Positions 52,601-62,097 of a stretch of DNA of 64,000 nt are shown piece after piece. Made by a program: the position numbers and the translations under genes. Each line of letters opens with the position of its first letter. Within the stretch, counting starts at the first letter, position 1. This DNA comes from Methanotrichaceae archaeon (GTDB lineage Archaea; Halobacteriota; Methanosarcinia; Methanotrichales; Methanotrichaceae). The stretch lies in NCBI GenBank assembly GCA_963748825.1, contig CAVVKN010000012.1, positions 32,001 to 96,000 of the forward strand, written 5' to 3'. The notes under the pieces were generated by a model. The model was not told the DNA's origin, searched no databases, and saw only the letters and a program-made list of their open reading frames with translations.

Positions 52601-55600
52601 AGGTGCTGGTGCATTTATGGAAAACTCGCGGCTCATGTTGCCGACTTCTCCCAGCGGTCCCTCATGCAGGCTATCTTTAACCTGTACTGAGATCTGGCTG
52701 GTGCCGGGCTGCATGGCTATCCAGGCCCACAGGTTCTCTGGTTGCCAATCTGTGGCAGGCGTGTCGTTGACCAGGAAGCGATATGAAATTGGATCGGATT
52801 CCGGATCACTGGCCTGAGCTGTCCAGGTGACTGTTGTTCCCAATAGTTGTGGGCTTTCGCTGTCCGCAGTCAAGCCAGCAAGAACTGGGGCATTGTTGGG
52901 CGGAAGAACTATCTCGAAGTTGGCGCTGCTGGCGCTGTCTCCTTCTGCATTGTGCTTTTCATCCCTTACCTTGGCCTCAATGGCATGCTGTCCGACCTGC
53001 TCCGCGGCAGCGGTCCAGCTCCAGACGGGGCTCTCCGACCAATCCTGCATTACCTGTCCGTCCATTGAGAACTGGAATTGCAGGGGATCGTTCTCGGCAT
53101 CAGATGCAACTGCCGTCCAGATTACTGCGGTTCCTGTAACCTGTGGGCTCTCTTTGTCTGCGGTCAGGCTGCTCATGACCGGAGCAGTGTTGGGAGGCAG
53201 AACTATCTCGAAGTTAGCGCTGCTTGCGCTGTCTCCGTCCTGGTTATGCTTTCCATCTCTTACCTTGGCCTCAAAGGCATGCTGTCCGACCTGTTCCGCG
53301 ACAGCCGTCCAGCTCCAGACGGGGCTCTCCGACCAATCCTGCACTACCTGTCCGTCCATTAAGAACTGGAATTGCAGGGGATCGTTCTCGGCATCAGATG
53401 CAACTGCCGTCCAGATTACTGCGGTTCCTGTAACCTGCGGGCTCTCTTTGTCTGCGGTCAGGCTGCTCATGACCGGAGCAGTGTTGGGCGGCAGAACTAT
53501 CTCGAAGTTAGCGCTGCTGGCGCTGTCTCCTTCTGCATTGTGCTTTCCATCTCTTACCTTGGCCTCAATGGCATGCTGTCCGACCTGCTCCGCGGCAGCC
53601 GTCCAGCTCCAGACAGGGCTCTCCGACCAGTCCTGCATTACCTGTCCATCCATTGAGAACTGGAATTGCAGGGGATCGTTCTCGACATCAGATGCAACTG
53701 CCGTCCAGATTACTGCGGTTCCTGTAACCTGTGGGCTCTCTTTGTCTGCGGTCAGGCTGCTCATGACCGGAGCAGTGTTGGGCGGCAGAACTATCTCGAA
53801 GTTAGCGCTGCTGGCGCTGTCTCCTTCTGCATTGTGCTTTCCATCTCTTACCTTGGCCTCAATGGCATGCTGTCCGACCTGTTCCGCGGCAGCCGTCCAG
53901 CTCCAGACGGGGCTCTCGGACCAATCCTGCACTACCTGTCCGTCCATTGAGAACTGGAATTGCAGGGGATCATTCTCGGCATCAGATGCAACTGCCGTCC
54001 AGATTACTGCGGTTCCTGTAACCTGCGGGCTCTCTTTGTCTGCGGTCAGGCTGCTCATGACCGGAGCAGTGTTGGGCGGCAGAACTATCTCGAAGTTGGC
54101 GCTGCTGGCGCTGTCTCCGTCCTGGTTATGCTTTCCATCTCTTACCTTGGCCTCAATGGCATGCTGTCCGACCTGTTCCGCGACAGCCGTCCAGCTCCAG
54201 ACAGGGCTCTCCGACCAGTCCTGCATTACCTGTCCGTCCATTGAGAACTGGAATTGCAGGGGATCGTTCTCTGGATCAGATGCAACTGCCGTCCAGATTA
54301 CTGCGGTTCCTGTAACCTGTGGGCTCTCTTTGTCTGCGGTCAGGCTGCTCATGACCGGTGCGTTGTTAGGCGGCAGAACTATCTCGAAGTTGGCGCTGCT
54401 CGAGCTGTCTCCTTCAGGATTGTGCTTTCCATCTCTTATCTTGGCCTCGATGACATGCCGTCCTACCTGCTCTTTGGCTGCATTCCAGCTCCAGCCTGGG
54501 CTATCCGACCAGTCCTGCACTACCTGTCCGTCCAGGGAAAACTGGAATTGCAATGGATCGTTCTCAGAATCCATAAAATCCACATTCCAGGTGATAGTCG
54601 AACCTATCTCCTGGGGGCTGAGCTTGTCAGGACTGAAATTAATGATCGCAGGTTTCTGGTTAGGCGGCATTACGATGAACGTCGCGCTCTTCCTGTCATC
54701 AAATCCGTCCTGCTCGGCATGCTTACCATCTCTTACCTGAACCTCTACCTGGGCTTCGCCCTCAGCTGCAGTCCAGGTCCATTGTTTGTTGGGCTGCCAA
54801 TCGGTTGTAGGAAGCCCGTTCAAAAAGAACCTATATAAAATTGGATCACTTTCGGCGTCATTGGCCTGGGCCGTCCAGGTTACAATGCTGCCTGTCTCCT
54901 GGGGACTGGCCTTATCAGATGACAAATCGGATATTACTGGCTTCTCATTGGGCTTGTTTATGATGAAGCTTGCCTTCTGGGACGAGTCGCCATCCGCATT
55001 ATGTGTGCCGTCCTTAACTCTTACCTCTATACTATGAGCGCCAAAATCATTGGCAGAGGTTTGCCAGGTCCATTGATTCTGGTATTGCCATCCGGTTACC
55101 GGCTGATTGTCCAGCAGGAACAGGAACTGCAGACCATCGCTTTCCTGGTCACTGGCTTCCGCCGCCCAGGTTACTGATGTACCGGCTTCCTGGGGGCTGG
55201 CGAGATCAGAGGTCAAGCTGATCATGACAGGAGCCAGATTTGCAGGTGTCGTTACCTGTGGCTGCTCCACCTGTTGCATCTGGGGGGGCTGTTGTTCCTC
55301 TACGGGCGGCACGTAAGCTTGCTCTGGGGCCGTCACAATGGGTAAAGGCTCAACAATTGGCTGCGCCTGGACTTCCGGGGGAGCTGGGGGGGCCGTTAAC
55401 AAAAAGTCAACTATTTTCTCATCCTGAGTAAATTGGGGGCCGGCATGAGTTTCATCTCTAACTGAAACGCTTATCTGGTATTTTCCGGCATCTTGTGAAT
55501 TAGTATCCCATTTCCACGTATTGTCCGGGGACCATTGGCTTACCGGCTTCCATACGTCTACAGGCCCCCATACGTCTCCCGTGGATGGCCCTCTTAGCCG

Positions 55601-55921
55601 GAACGTGAAGAACATGGGATCATTTTCCGGGTCCTCTGCTTTGGCCGTCCATTTTATGGAGCTGCCTGCTTCCTGGGGGCTGGGTTTATCGCTTTCAAGA
55701 GCGGTGAGCTTGGGCTGCTGGTTATAGCCCACTCCGCCCAGGTTATCCGGCGTGGAGAAATCCCCCACTCCTGAAGATCCCGGCTGCGGATCGAATTGTG
55801 CGAAGGCCGATATGGCCAGTAGCACTCCCGTTATCATTAACACTGCAAAGACGAGAAATACGTCCCTGTACTTGCGCTTGAATCTAGTCTTATTTTTGCA
55901 ATTGCTATCCGGTTTTTGCAT
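46639..55921 (-). CDS. Giant secreted Ig-like repeat surface protein (~3090 aa) with SdrD-B/Cna-B-like domains; one +1 frameshift near 49636
   Basis: Signal peptide; repeated ~100-aa beta domains (SPQ..G..V.WTA.ASD.E.DP..Y/F.F..DW..W.W..VRDG.H); SdrD-B motifs ISG.K.ND.DGNG..G.Y.F..L.PG.Y.V.E; deleting one A joins QDG to SVINATT. Confidence 0.8.
46700..47620 (-). repeat. Three 315-bp intragenic tandem domain repeats
   Basis: Anchor GCGCTRTCGTA at 46712, 47027 and 47342. Confidence 0.8.
50975..52885 (-). repeat. Six near-identical 327-bp intragenic tandem repeats (109 aa)
   Basis: Shadow ORF starts recur every 327 nt (51192, 51519, 51846, 52173, 52500, 52827); only a few substitutions between copies. 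Confidence 0.95.
52890..54660 (-). repeat. Five near-identical 294-bp intragenic tandem repeats (98 aa) plus one diverged copy
   Basis: Shadow ORF starts recur every 294 nt (53078, 53372, 53666, 53960, 54254). Confidence 0.95.
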
Positions 55922-56124
55922 ATCCTCACTCTCCTTTTCTTACTATCTCACTCGCGCTTGACATTTTTCTAGACCAAAAGTCAGGCTTGGCATTTATGAA
56001 TCTATTTTTCACATTGAGGACTTGTTAGCAGTCCACAGCCATTGGCAATCTCATGTGAATACTCTATGAATTCAATATTGAATATTGACTGCGATACGCA
56101 TATTTATTTTTTGCAGTAATTCAT

Positions 56125-56631
56125 CTAGGCAAAGGGATGCTTCGCAGAGTCCTTCTTGGCCAGTACTTCCGATACATTGGGATTCTTAGCAGCGGCACGC
56201 TCGATGGCCAGCTTTGTAGCCTGATAGTTATATTCGTAGATCTTTTTCTTGTCTTTTGCATCCCATTCTAAGAACACGGATACGATTATCATCAGCTCCT
56301 CTGCCAACTCCTGGGGCAGGGTCCCTTCCGCCACACAGTCCATTACCGCCTTGGCTACAGCAGCCTGGGCGGGGCCGAACATGAGTATGGCCTGCCCGGC
56401 GTCTTTGATGGTAACCTTGTTTACCATAAGGGTGAAGGGCTTGGCGGGCAGGTTGGGCTCTAAGACCGCCAGCAAGGGAGTATGCCCCTTCGCGGGCGAG
56501 GCCAGGGCACTGACAAATGCCTGCTCTACATAGCTGCCTTTGGGCCCAATTACGAGATCGATATGGGCGATCTCCGGCCCCTCTCCCACCAATGCTTCTC
56601 CGATCAGTACTCTATCAAAAGGTTGCATCAT
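56125..56631 (-). CDS. fae: Formaldehyde-activating enzyme (stand-alone)
   Basis: IGEALVGEGPEIAHIDL, GHTPLLAVL.PNL, MFGPAQAAVAKAV, YNYQATKLAI, HPF. Confidence 0.92.
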   Translation of the reverse strand: MMQPFDRVLIGEALVGEGPEIAHIDLVIGPKGSYVEQAFVSALASPAKGHTPLLAVLEPNLPAKPFTLMVNKVTIKDAGQAILMFGPAQAAVAKAVMDCVAEGTLPQELAEELMIIVSVFLEWDAKDKKKIYEYNYQATKLAIERAAAKNPNVSEVLAKKDSAKHPFA

Positions 56632-56762
56632 ACATACAACATAAGATCTGTATTCATATAAATTTGTACTCTATGCTCTCATGAAAATCTAGCCTTTCCG
56701 CATTTGCATCAAATCCATCTCGCCAAAAAATATATCATCATAATGAGCTGCAAGATAAGGCA

Positions 56763-57308
56763 ATGCGAATACTTGTAGTCAACAACTATGGACAGTTCAA
56801 TCACCTCATACGGCGCGCCATCCGGGAAAAGGTGGAGACGGACCTCATCTCCAACCAGACGCCTCCGGAGAAGATCGACGCTAACGGCCTCATTTTGGGG
56901 GGAGGGCCATCGCTGGAGCGCGCCGGGCGCTGCGCGGATTATCTGCGTGATCTGGATATCCCCATTCTGGGTATTTGCCTGGGCATGCAGCTCATGGGCA
57001 CCACCTTTGGCGGAAAAGTGGTGCCTGGCAGCATGGGAGGCTACGCGGAGGTGGATGTGCAGGTTCTCAGGGAAGACGACATACTAAAGGGCCTGCCGCC
57101 CAAGTTCAAGACCTGGGCCTCGCACATGGATCAGGTGTCGGAGCTTCCGGTGGGTTTTGAGATTCTGGCCAGGTCGAACGTCTGCGAGATCGAGGCCATG
57201 AAGCACCTGACCCGGCCGTTATACGGCGTGCAGTGGCATCCCGAGGTTGTTCATACCGAGTACGGCCCGGAGCTTTTAGATAATTTCATCGCCCTGTGCA
57301 AGAGATGA
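56763..57308 (+). CDS. guaAA: GMP synthase glutamine amidotransferase subunit A
   Basis: GQFNHLI, GICLGMQ, WASH, VQWHPEV. Confidence 0.9.
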   Translation: MRILVVNNYGQFNHLIRRAIREKVETDLISNQTPPEKIDANGLILGGGPSLERAGRCADYLRDLDIPILGICLGMQLMGTTFGGKVVPGSMGGYAEVDVQVLREDDILKGLPPKFKTWASHMDQVSELPVGFEILARSNVCEIEAMKHLTRPLYGVQWHPEVVHTEYGPELLDNFIALCKR

Positions 57309-57326
57309 ACGAAAAAGGCGACCCGC

Positions 57327-58061
57327 GTGAAGAGAGAAGATCAAGAAGATAGGATTTCTGAGCTGAATGAGTTTTTCTTGGCAGCGAAAAAGCTCTCCCC
57401 GATAAAGCTGGCCGCTCGGATACAGGAGTTCGGATTTCACTGCCTGCAATGCGGGGAATGCTGCCGGGGAGAAGACAACAGCGTGGTCGCCTTTCCTCGG
57501 GAGATAAGATGCATCCTGATAGCAACGGGCCTGCAGTGGCTGGAAGTTGTGGGCCCGCCGGAGGAGGGTGAGTGGGACAAAGACGGCTGCTTTCATACCC
57601 TGGAGTGGAGGCTGAAAAAAGATGGCGGATCCTGCCGGTTTTATCAAAATGGCCGCTGCTCTGTCTATCGTGCCCGGCCCATGCTCTGCCGCACCTACCC
57701 CTTCTATTTAGATAACGGCGAATTGATGTGCTCGGAGTGCCGGGGGCTGGGGGGCAAGATGGAATCCGACGAAGCGGAGAAATTGGCTGAGCAGCTCATT
57801 TTGCGCTATCTCTTCGAGATCCAGGAGGCCATCGCCCTGCTGGAAAAATATCGGGACTTCGAGAGAGGTGAGGCCGGGAAGAGCGGCGAGTGCATCGTGC
57901 ACGATAGCGAGGGGGAACACAGGATCGTAGGCGGAGAGCTGCTTAGTTTCCAGCAATTGAGAGATGAGAACGCTCGATTGAATGGAGAGAAGGGCAAGCC
58001 GAAAATCGCACCAAATGTTCCTCCACGTAAGCCAAGACCCCCGTTCTGTAGAGAAGTCTAA
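57327..58061 (+). CDS. YkgJ-family CxxCxxCC cysteine-cluster protein
   Basis: FHCLQCGECCR, CRFY..CSVYRARPMLCRTYPF. Confidence 0.85.
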   Translation: MKREDQEDRISELNEFFLAAKKLSPIKLAARIQEFGFHCLQCGECCRGEDNSVVAFPREIRCILIATGLQWLEVVGPPEEGEWDKDGCFHTLEWRLKKDGGSCRFYQNGRCSVYRARPMLCRTYPFYLDNGELMCSECRGLGGKMESDEAEKLAEQLILRYLFEIQEAIALLEKYRDFERGEAGKSGECIVHDSEGEHRIVGGELLSFQQLRDENARLNGEKGKPKIAPNVPPRKPRPPFCREV

Positions 58062-58110
58062 ACAGTGGTCTAAAGACTCGAAGAATCCCAAGATCGAGAC
58101 AACCTTGATC

Positions 58111-58914
58111 TCACAGCCCCCCATACTTTCTCACGTGCTCCCAGGCTTTGTGCTCCTCCGGGAACCGATCCTTTCGGGAGTAGATGGAAGCATCCTCCCG
58201 CCCGTACAGTTTCCTGTCCTCGCCCACCGGGCAGACCTTGATGCATATCCCGCAGGGCGAGATTCCCCGCTGGTTCAGCTCGGCGCTGTGAGCGGTGCAG
58301 CTCTTCTTGTCCGTGAGCCCTTGCGGATAGTCCTTCTCGTCCAGAGCCTGCGCCGGGCACATCTTGACGCAGCGCATACAGCGGGTGCACAGCTCCTCAT
58401 GTAAGAGCGGATCGGACGGGAGCTCCGCTGCTGTAAAAACAGAGCCGAAACGCACGCGGGGGCCAAATTGGGACGTGAGCAGCATATTGTTTGTCCCGAA
58501 ATTGCCCAGGCCCGCCAGCAGGGCAGCGTGCCGGTGGGAGAAGAAAGCCACCGGATTTTTCAGCAGGGCCTTGATGCCGAAGTATCCGTCCCGGGGAACG
58601 AAGACGGAAGGGTGGCCTTTTTCATTCAGAAAATTGGCCAGGCGGTAGGTGTATTGGTCCAGGAGAGCATTCACGGTGTTGTACAGCTCCCTGTAGTAAA
58701 TTGATGGCGAGGTTTCCAGCACGGGCAGGCTGACGGGCAGACCAATAACGATCACCGATTTGGCCTGGGGGAATATGGACTGAGGATAAAACTCCTCCGC
58801 CATCCAGGGCTGAAAGGGTGGGTCCTTCCAGCGCTCTACATTCGCCACTCCCACCAGGGGTATCTCCATCTTCTTGCATCTTTTACGGACCGCTCGTAGC
58901 AACTCCTCACTCAT
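58111..58914 (-). CDS. QueG/reductive-dehalogenase-like 2x[4Fe-4S] protein
   Basis: FSHRHAALLAGLG.FG.N, FGPRVRFGSVFT, CTRCMRCVKMCP, CGICIKVCP. Confidence 0.8.
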   Translation of the reverse strand: MSEELLRAVRKRCKKMEIPLVGVANVERWKDPPFQPWMAEEFYPQSIFPQAKSVIVIGLPVSLPVLETSPSIYYRELYNTVNALLDQYTYRLANFLNEKGHPSVFVPRDGYFGIKALLKNPVAFFSHRHAALLAGLGNFGTNNMLLTSQFGPRVRFGSVFTAAELPSDPLLHEELCTRCMRCVKMCPAQALDEKDYPQGLTDKKSCTAHSAELNQRGISPCGICIKVCPVGEDRKLYGREDASIYSRKDRFPEEHKAWEHVRKYGGL

Positions 58915-59364
58915 GGAGATACTTTATTGCAATCAATGGATAAAAGGCTCTGCACGAGTTGCACTGATGCGCTACAGCTTGCTTTTCCGGGGCTTCAGGA
59001 TCATTGTCGTTATAAGTATAGTATATCGACCATTCATATGCTATATGGGATGTAGCAAATGGGAGTGAGTGGTCCAAAACAACGATTCTTGAATGTGTCA
59101 TATCCAAATGAGCAGGCGTACTCAACTTGATGCGGAAGGAAAAGCAACGAAACTAATTTTAGCAAGAGGAAGGCCTTGACATTTCAGCCTACTAGATGTT
59201 AGCGGCCCTTTTGTGAATTTTTCACAATAAATCATATATATCAGGCTTGTACTAATGCGAAACAAAAAGCGAGATTCAACTGGCGCTAAAGGTGCCTCTC
59301 CAAGCTTTAACGGAACCCAAGATCATGCCATCTTCGGCTTTGCTGATGAAGACGGGAGGAGATT

Positions 59365-59601
59365 ATGATGTCAGAATCAACAGAAAAAGGAACAAGCAAA
59401 GTGAAAGTAGCTGTAAGGAGCACCTTCCTTGCGCAATCCTGCGGTGCTGTTGACGAACGAGAATGCAGTATGATAAAACATCTAATCCTGGCTGAAACGC
59501 GAAGATCAAATGCGCCTGCCTGGGTGGCGGAAGAGCTGGACAAAATGCTCAATTGTCCCGCATGCAGAGGCTCGCATCTATTCCTTGATCAGAGACAATG
59601 A
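59365..59601 (+). CDS. Small Cys-containing hypothetical protein ahead of the redox operon
   Basis: GGGAGGA SD upstream; C-x7-C and CPAC. Confidence 0.45.
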   Translation: MMSESTEKGTSKVKVAVRSTFLAQSCGAVDERECSMIKHLILAETRRSNAPAWVAEELDKMLNCPACRGSHLFLDQRQ

Positions 59602-59680
59602 GAACTCTATTAGGAATACGGGGGAATTATTGGAAGAGGGGCAGAGAGAACCCCTAAGAAAAGCCCAGGGAGGTGGCATT

Positions 59681-60148
59681 ATGAACGATGCTGACAAGGA
59701 AAAGCTGAATAATATAATAAAAAAATATAATGGAAAAGAAGGATTCTTGATCCAGTTGCTCTTAGATCTGCAAAGCGAGTTGCATTGGATCTCCAAAGAA
59801 GCCATCGGGGAGCTTTCCCAGAGGCTTAAGATTCCAGCAAGCCAGATATTCAGAGTGGCGAGCTTCTACAAAGCGATGAATCTCTCTCCCGTAGGCCGGC
59901 ATAAAGTATGCGTTTGCATGGGAACCGCCTGCCAGGTGCGAGGCGCTCAGAGATTGCTGGATGCAACACAGTCAAAATTGGGGATAAAACCGGGACAGAC
60001 TACGCCGGACAATAGCTTCACTCTAGATAGGGTCAACTGCCTGGGATGCTGCGCCATCGGCCCGGTAATTGTAGTAGATAATGATTATTATGGCCGGGTG
60101 GACTCCAAGAGGGTAGAGAAGATATTGGGCAAGCTTGCACTCGAATAG
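59681..60148 (+). CDS. NuoE/HydC-like [2Fe-2S] subunit
   Basis: VASFY, VCMGTACQVRG, VNCLGCCAIGP; GGAGGTGG SD upstream of ATG 59681. Confidence 0.9.
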   Translation: MNDADKEKLNNIIKKYNGKEGFLIQLLLDLQSELHWISKEAIGELSQRLKIPASQIFRVASFYKAMNLSPVGRHKVCVCMGTACQVRGAQRLLDATQSKLGIKPGQTTPDNSFTLDRVNCLGCCAIGPVIVVDNDYYGRVDSKRVEKILGKLALE

Positions 60149-60186
60149 TCAATATCAGTCAGTGATTAGAAAAAAATGGGGAAGAG

Positions 60187-62097
60187 ATGGCAAGACTTAC
60201 ATCAATTCAGGATCTGGAGATCTTGAGAGATGAGATCACGTGCACGAGAGATCCCAAGAAAAAAATTGTGGCAATCTGTGCCGGTACCGGCTGCCAAGGC
60301 CTTGGCGCGGGAAAGGTCGTCAGCGCCTTTAAAAGCGAGGTTGAGAAGAGGGGTCTGCATAGAGAGATCAGCATCAAGGAGACGGGGTGTCCCGGCTTTT
60401 GCGAAAAAGGGACTCTCGTGGTTGTATATCCGCAGGGAATCTATTACATGGGCGTCCAGCCGGATGACGTTCCGGAGATCGTGGAGGAGACCATTCTCAA
60501 AGGCGAGCTGGTAGAACGCCTTCTTTATACAGATCCTGCAACCGGGCTAAAGGCAATACTGGAAGATGATATCCCGTTTTATAATCATCAGATGAGACTT
60601 CTAATAAAAAATAATATAAAAATAAATCCTAGAAATATATACGACTACATCGCCCTGGGTGGCTATGCCGCTCTAGCTCGCGCCTTATCACAGATGACTT
60701 CTCAAGAGGTAATTGATGAGATAAAAAAGTCAGGCCTCAGAGGGAGGGGTGGAGGCGGATTTCCCACCGGGAAAAAATGGGAATCGACAGCGGGAGCGTT
60801 CGGAGACCCCAAATATGTGATCGTCAATTGCGATGAGGGAGACCCGGGTGCCTTCATGGATCGTGCCCTCATGGAAGGCAATCCGCACAGCGTTTTGGAG
60901 GGGCTGATAATTGGAGCCTATGCGGTTGGAGCGCATAGCGGCTACATCTACGTGCGCATGGAGTATCCTCTGGCCGTGGAAAATGCAAAATTCGCCCTGC
61001 ATCAGGCCCGGGAGCTGGGCCTTCTTGGGAAGAACATACTTGGCAGCGGATTTGATTTCGATGTAACCGTGCATAGAGGTGCGGGTGCCTTTGTCTCTGG
61101 AGAGTCAACCGCTCTCATGAACGCCCTGGAGGGCAAAGTGGGCGAGCCCCGGCCCAAATATGTCCATACCTCTGAGTGCGGGGTCTGGAATCGACCCAGC
61201 CTGCTCAACAATGTGGAGACCTGGGCCAATATCCCTCTCATCATCAACCGGGGAGCCGAATGGTTTTCCTCCATTGGAACGGAAAGAAGCAAGGGAACCA
61301 AGATCTTCTCACTGGTAGGAAAGGTCAACAATACCGGTCTGGTGGAAGTTCCCATGGGCATGAGCCTGGCCGACATAGTTTACAAGATAGGAGGTGGAAT
61401 TCCTGGTGGAAAAAAGCTCAAAGGAGTGCAGACGGGAGGTCCCTCCGGTGGAATAATTCCTGCCCGGCATTTGCAGACGCCGGTTGACTTCGACGAGCTT
61501 ACGAGCCTTGGTTCCATGATGGGCTCAGGCAGCATAATTGTTATAGACGAGGATACTTGCGTCGTAGATTTGGCTCGCTACTTTGTGGACTTTCTCTGCG
61601 ATGAGTCCTGCGGCAAGTGCCTGCCTTGCCGGGAGGGCCTGAAACAAATGCGAGAGATATTAGACGGCATTGTTTCCGGCAAAGGGCATGAGGGAGATCT
61701 GCGAATTCTCAAAGAGATAGCAGAGCTGATGAAAAATGCGTCGCTGTGTGCATTGGGTCGGACGGCAGTAAATCCAGTTTTAAGCACAATTGCCCACTTT
61801 CCAGATGAATATGCTGCCCATATAATTGAGAAAAGGTGCCCCTCTCTGGCCTGCAAAGCCCTTGTTTCATATTTCATAGAGCCAGAGATCTGTATAGGGT
61901 GCGGTCTGTGCCAGAAGAACTGTCCCCAAGGAGCCATCGAGGGAGAGGAGGACAGCATCAGCGTCATAGATCAGTCCCGCTGCACTCGATGCGGCATTTG
62001 CTTTGAGGTATGTCCACCTAAGGTGAGGGCTGTCAAGAAGGTCTCCCGAGGACTTTCTCATTCTGCTGAGAGACTCAAGAGAGGTGAGAAGGCATGA
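60187..62097 (+). CDS. NuoF/HydB-like FMN/NAD(P)H subunit with N-terminal [2Fe-2S] and C-terminal 2x[4Fe-4S]
   Basis: CAGTGC..CPGFC, GLRGRGGGGFPTG, NCDEGDPGAFMDR, GGPSGG, ESCGKCLPCREG, SLCALG, CIGCGLC..CP, CTRCGIC..CP. Confidence 0.92.
   Translation: MARLTSIQDLEILRDEITCTRDPKKKIVAICAGTGCQGLGAGKVVSAFKSEVEKRGLHREISIKETGCPGFCEKGTLVVVYPQGIYYMGVQPDDVPEIVEETILKGELVERLLYTDPATGLKAILEDDIPFYNHQMRLLIKNNIKINPRNIYDYIALGGYAALARALSQMTSQEVIDEIKKSGLRGRGGGGFPTGKKWESTAGAFGDPKYVIVNCDEGDPGAFMDRALMEGNPHSVLEGLIIGAYAVGAHSGYIYVRMEYPLAVENAKFALHQARELGLLGKNILGSGFDFDVTVHRGAGAFVSGESTALMNALEGKVGEPRPKYVHTSECGVWNRPSLLNNVETWANIPLIINRGAEWFSSIGTERSKGTKIFSLVGKVNNTGLVEVPMGMSLADIVYKIGGGIPGGKKLKGVQTGGPSGGIIPARHLQTPVDFDELTSLGSMMGSGSIIVIDEDTCVVDLARYFVDFLCDESCGKCLPCREGLKQMREILDGIVSGKGHEGDLRILKEIAELMKNASLCALGRTAVNPVLSTIAHFPDEYAAHIIEKRCPSLACKALVSYFIEPEICIGCGLCQKNCPQGAIEGEEDSISVIDQSRCTRCGICFEVCPPKVRAVKKVSRGLSHSAERLKRGEKA

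Noticed and set aside
50571-54838. Repeated plus-strand ORFs (105 aa, 94 aa, 637 aa)
   Set aside because: Antisense shadows of the tandem repeats inside the surface-protein gene
58111-58914. True queG or a reductive dehalogenase
   Set aside because: Archaea are not known to make queuosine, and there is no Tat signal or rdhB anchor gene; only a family-level call is supported
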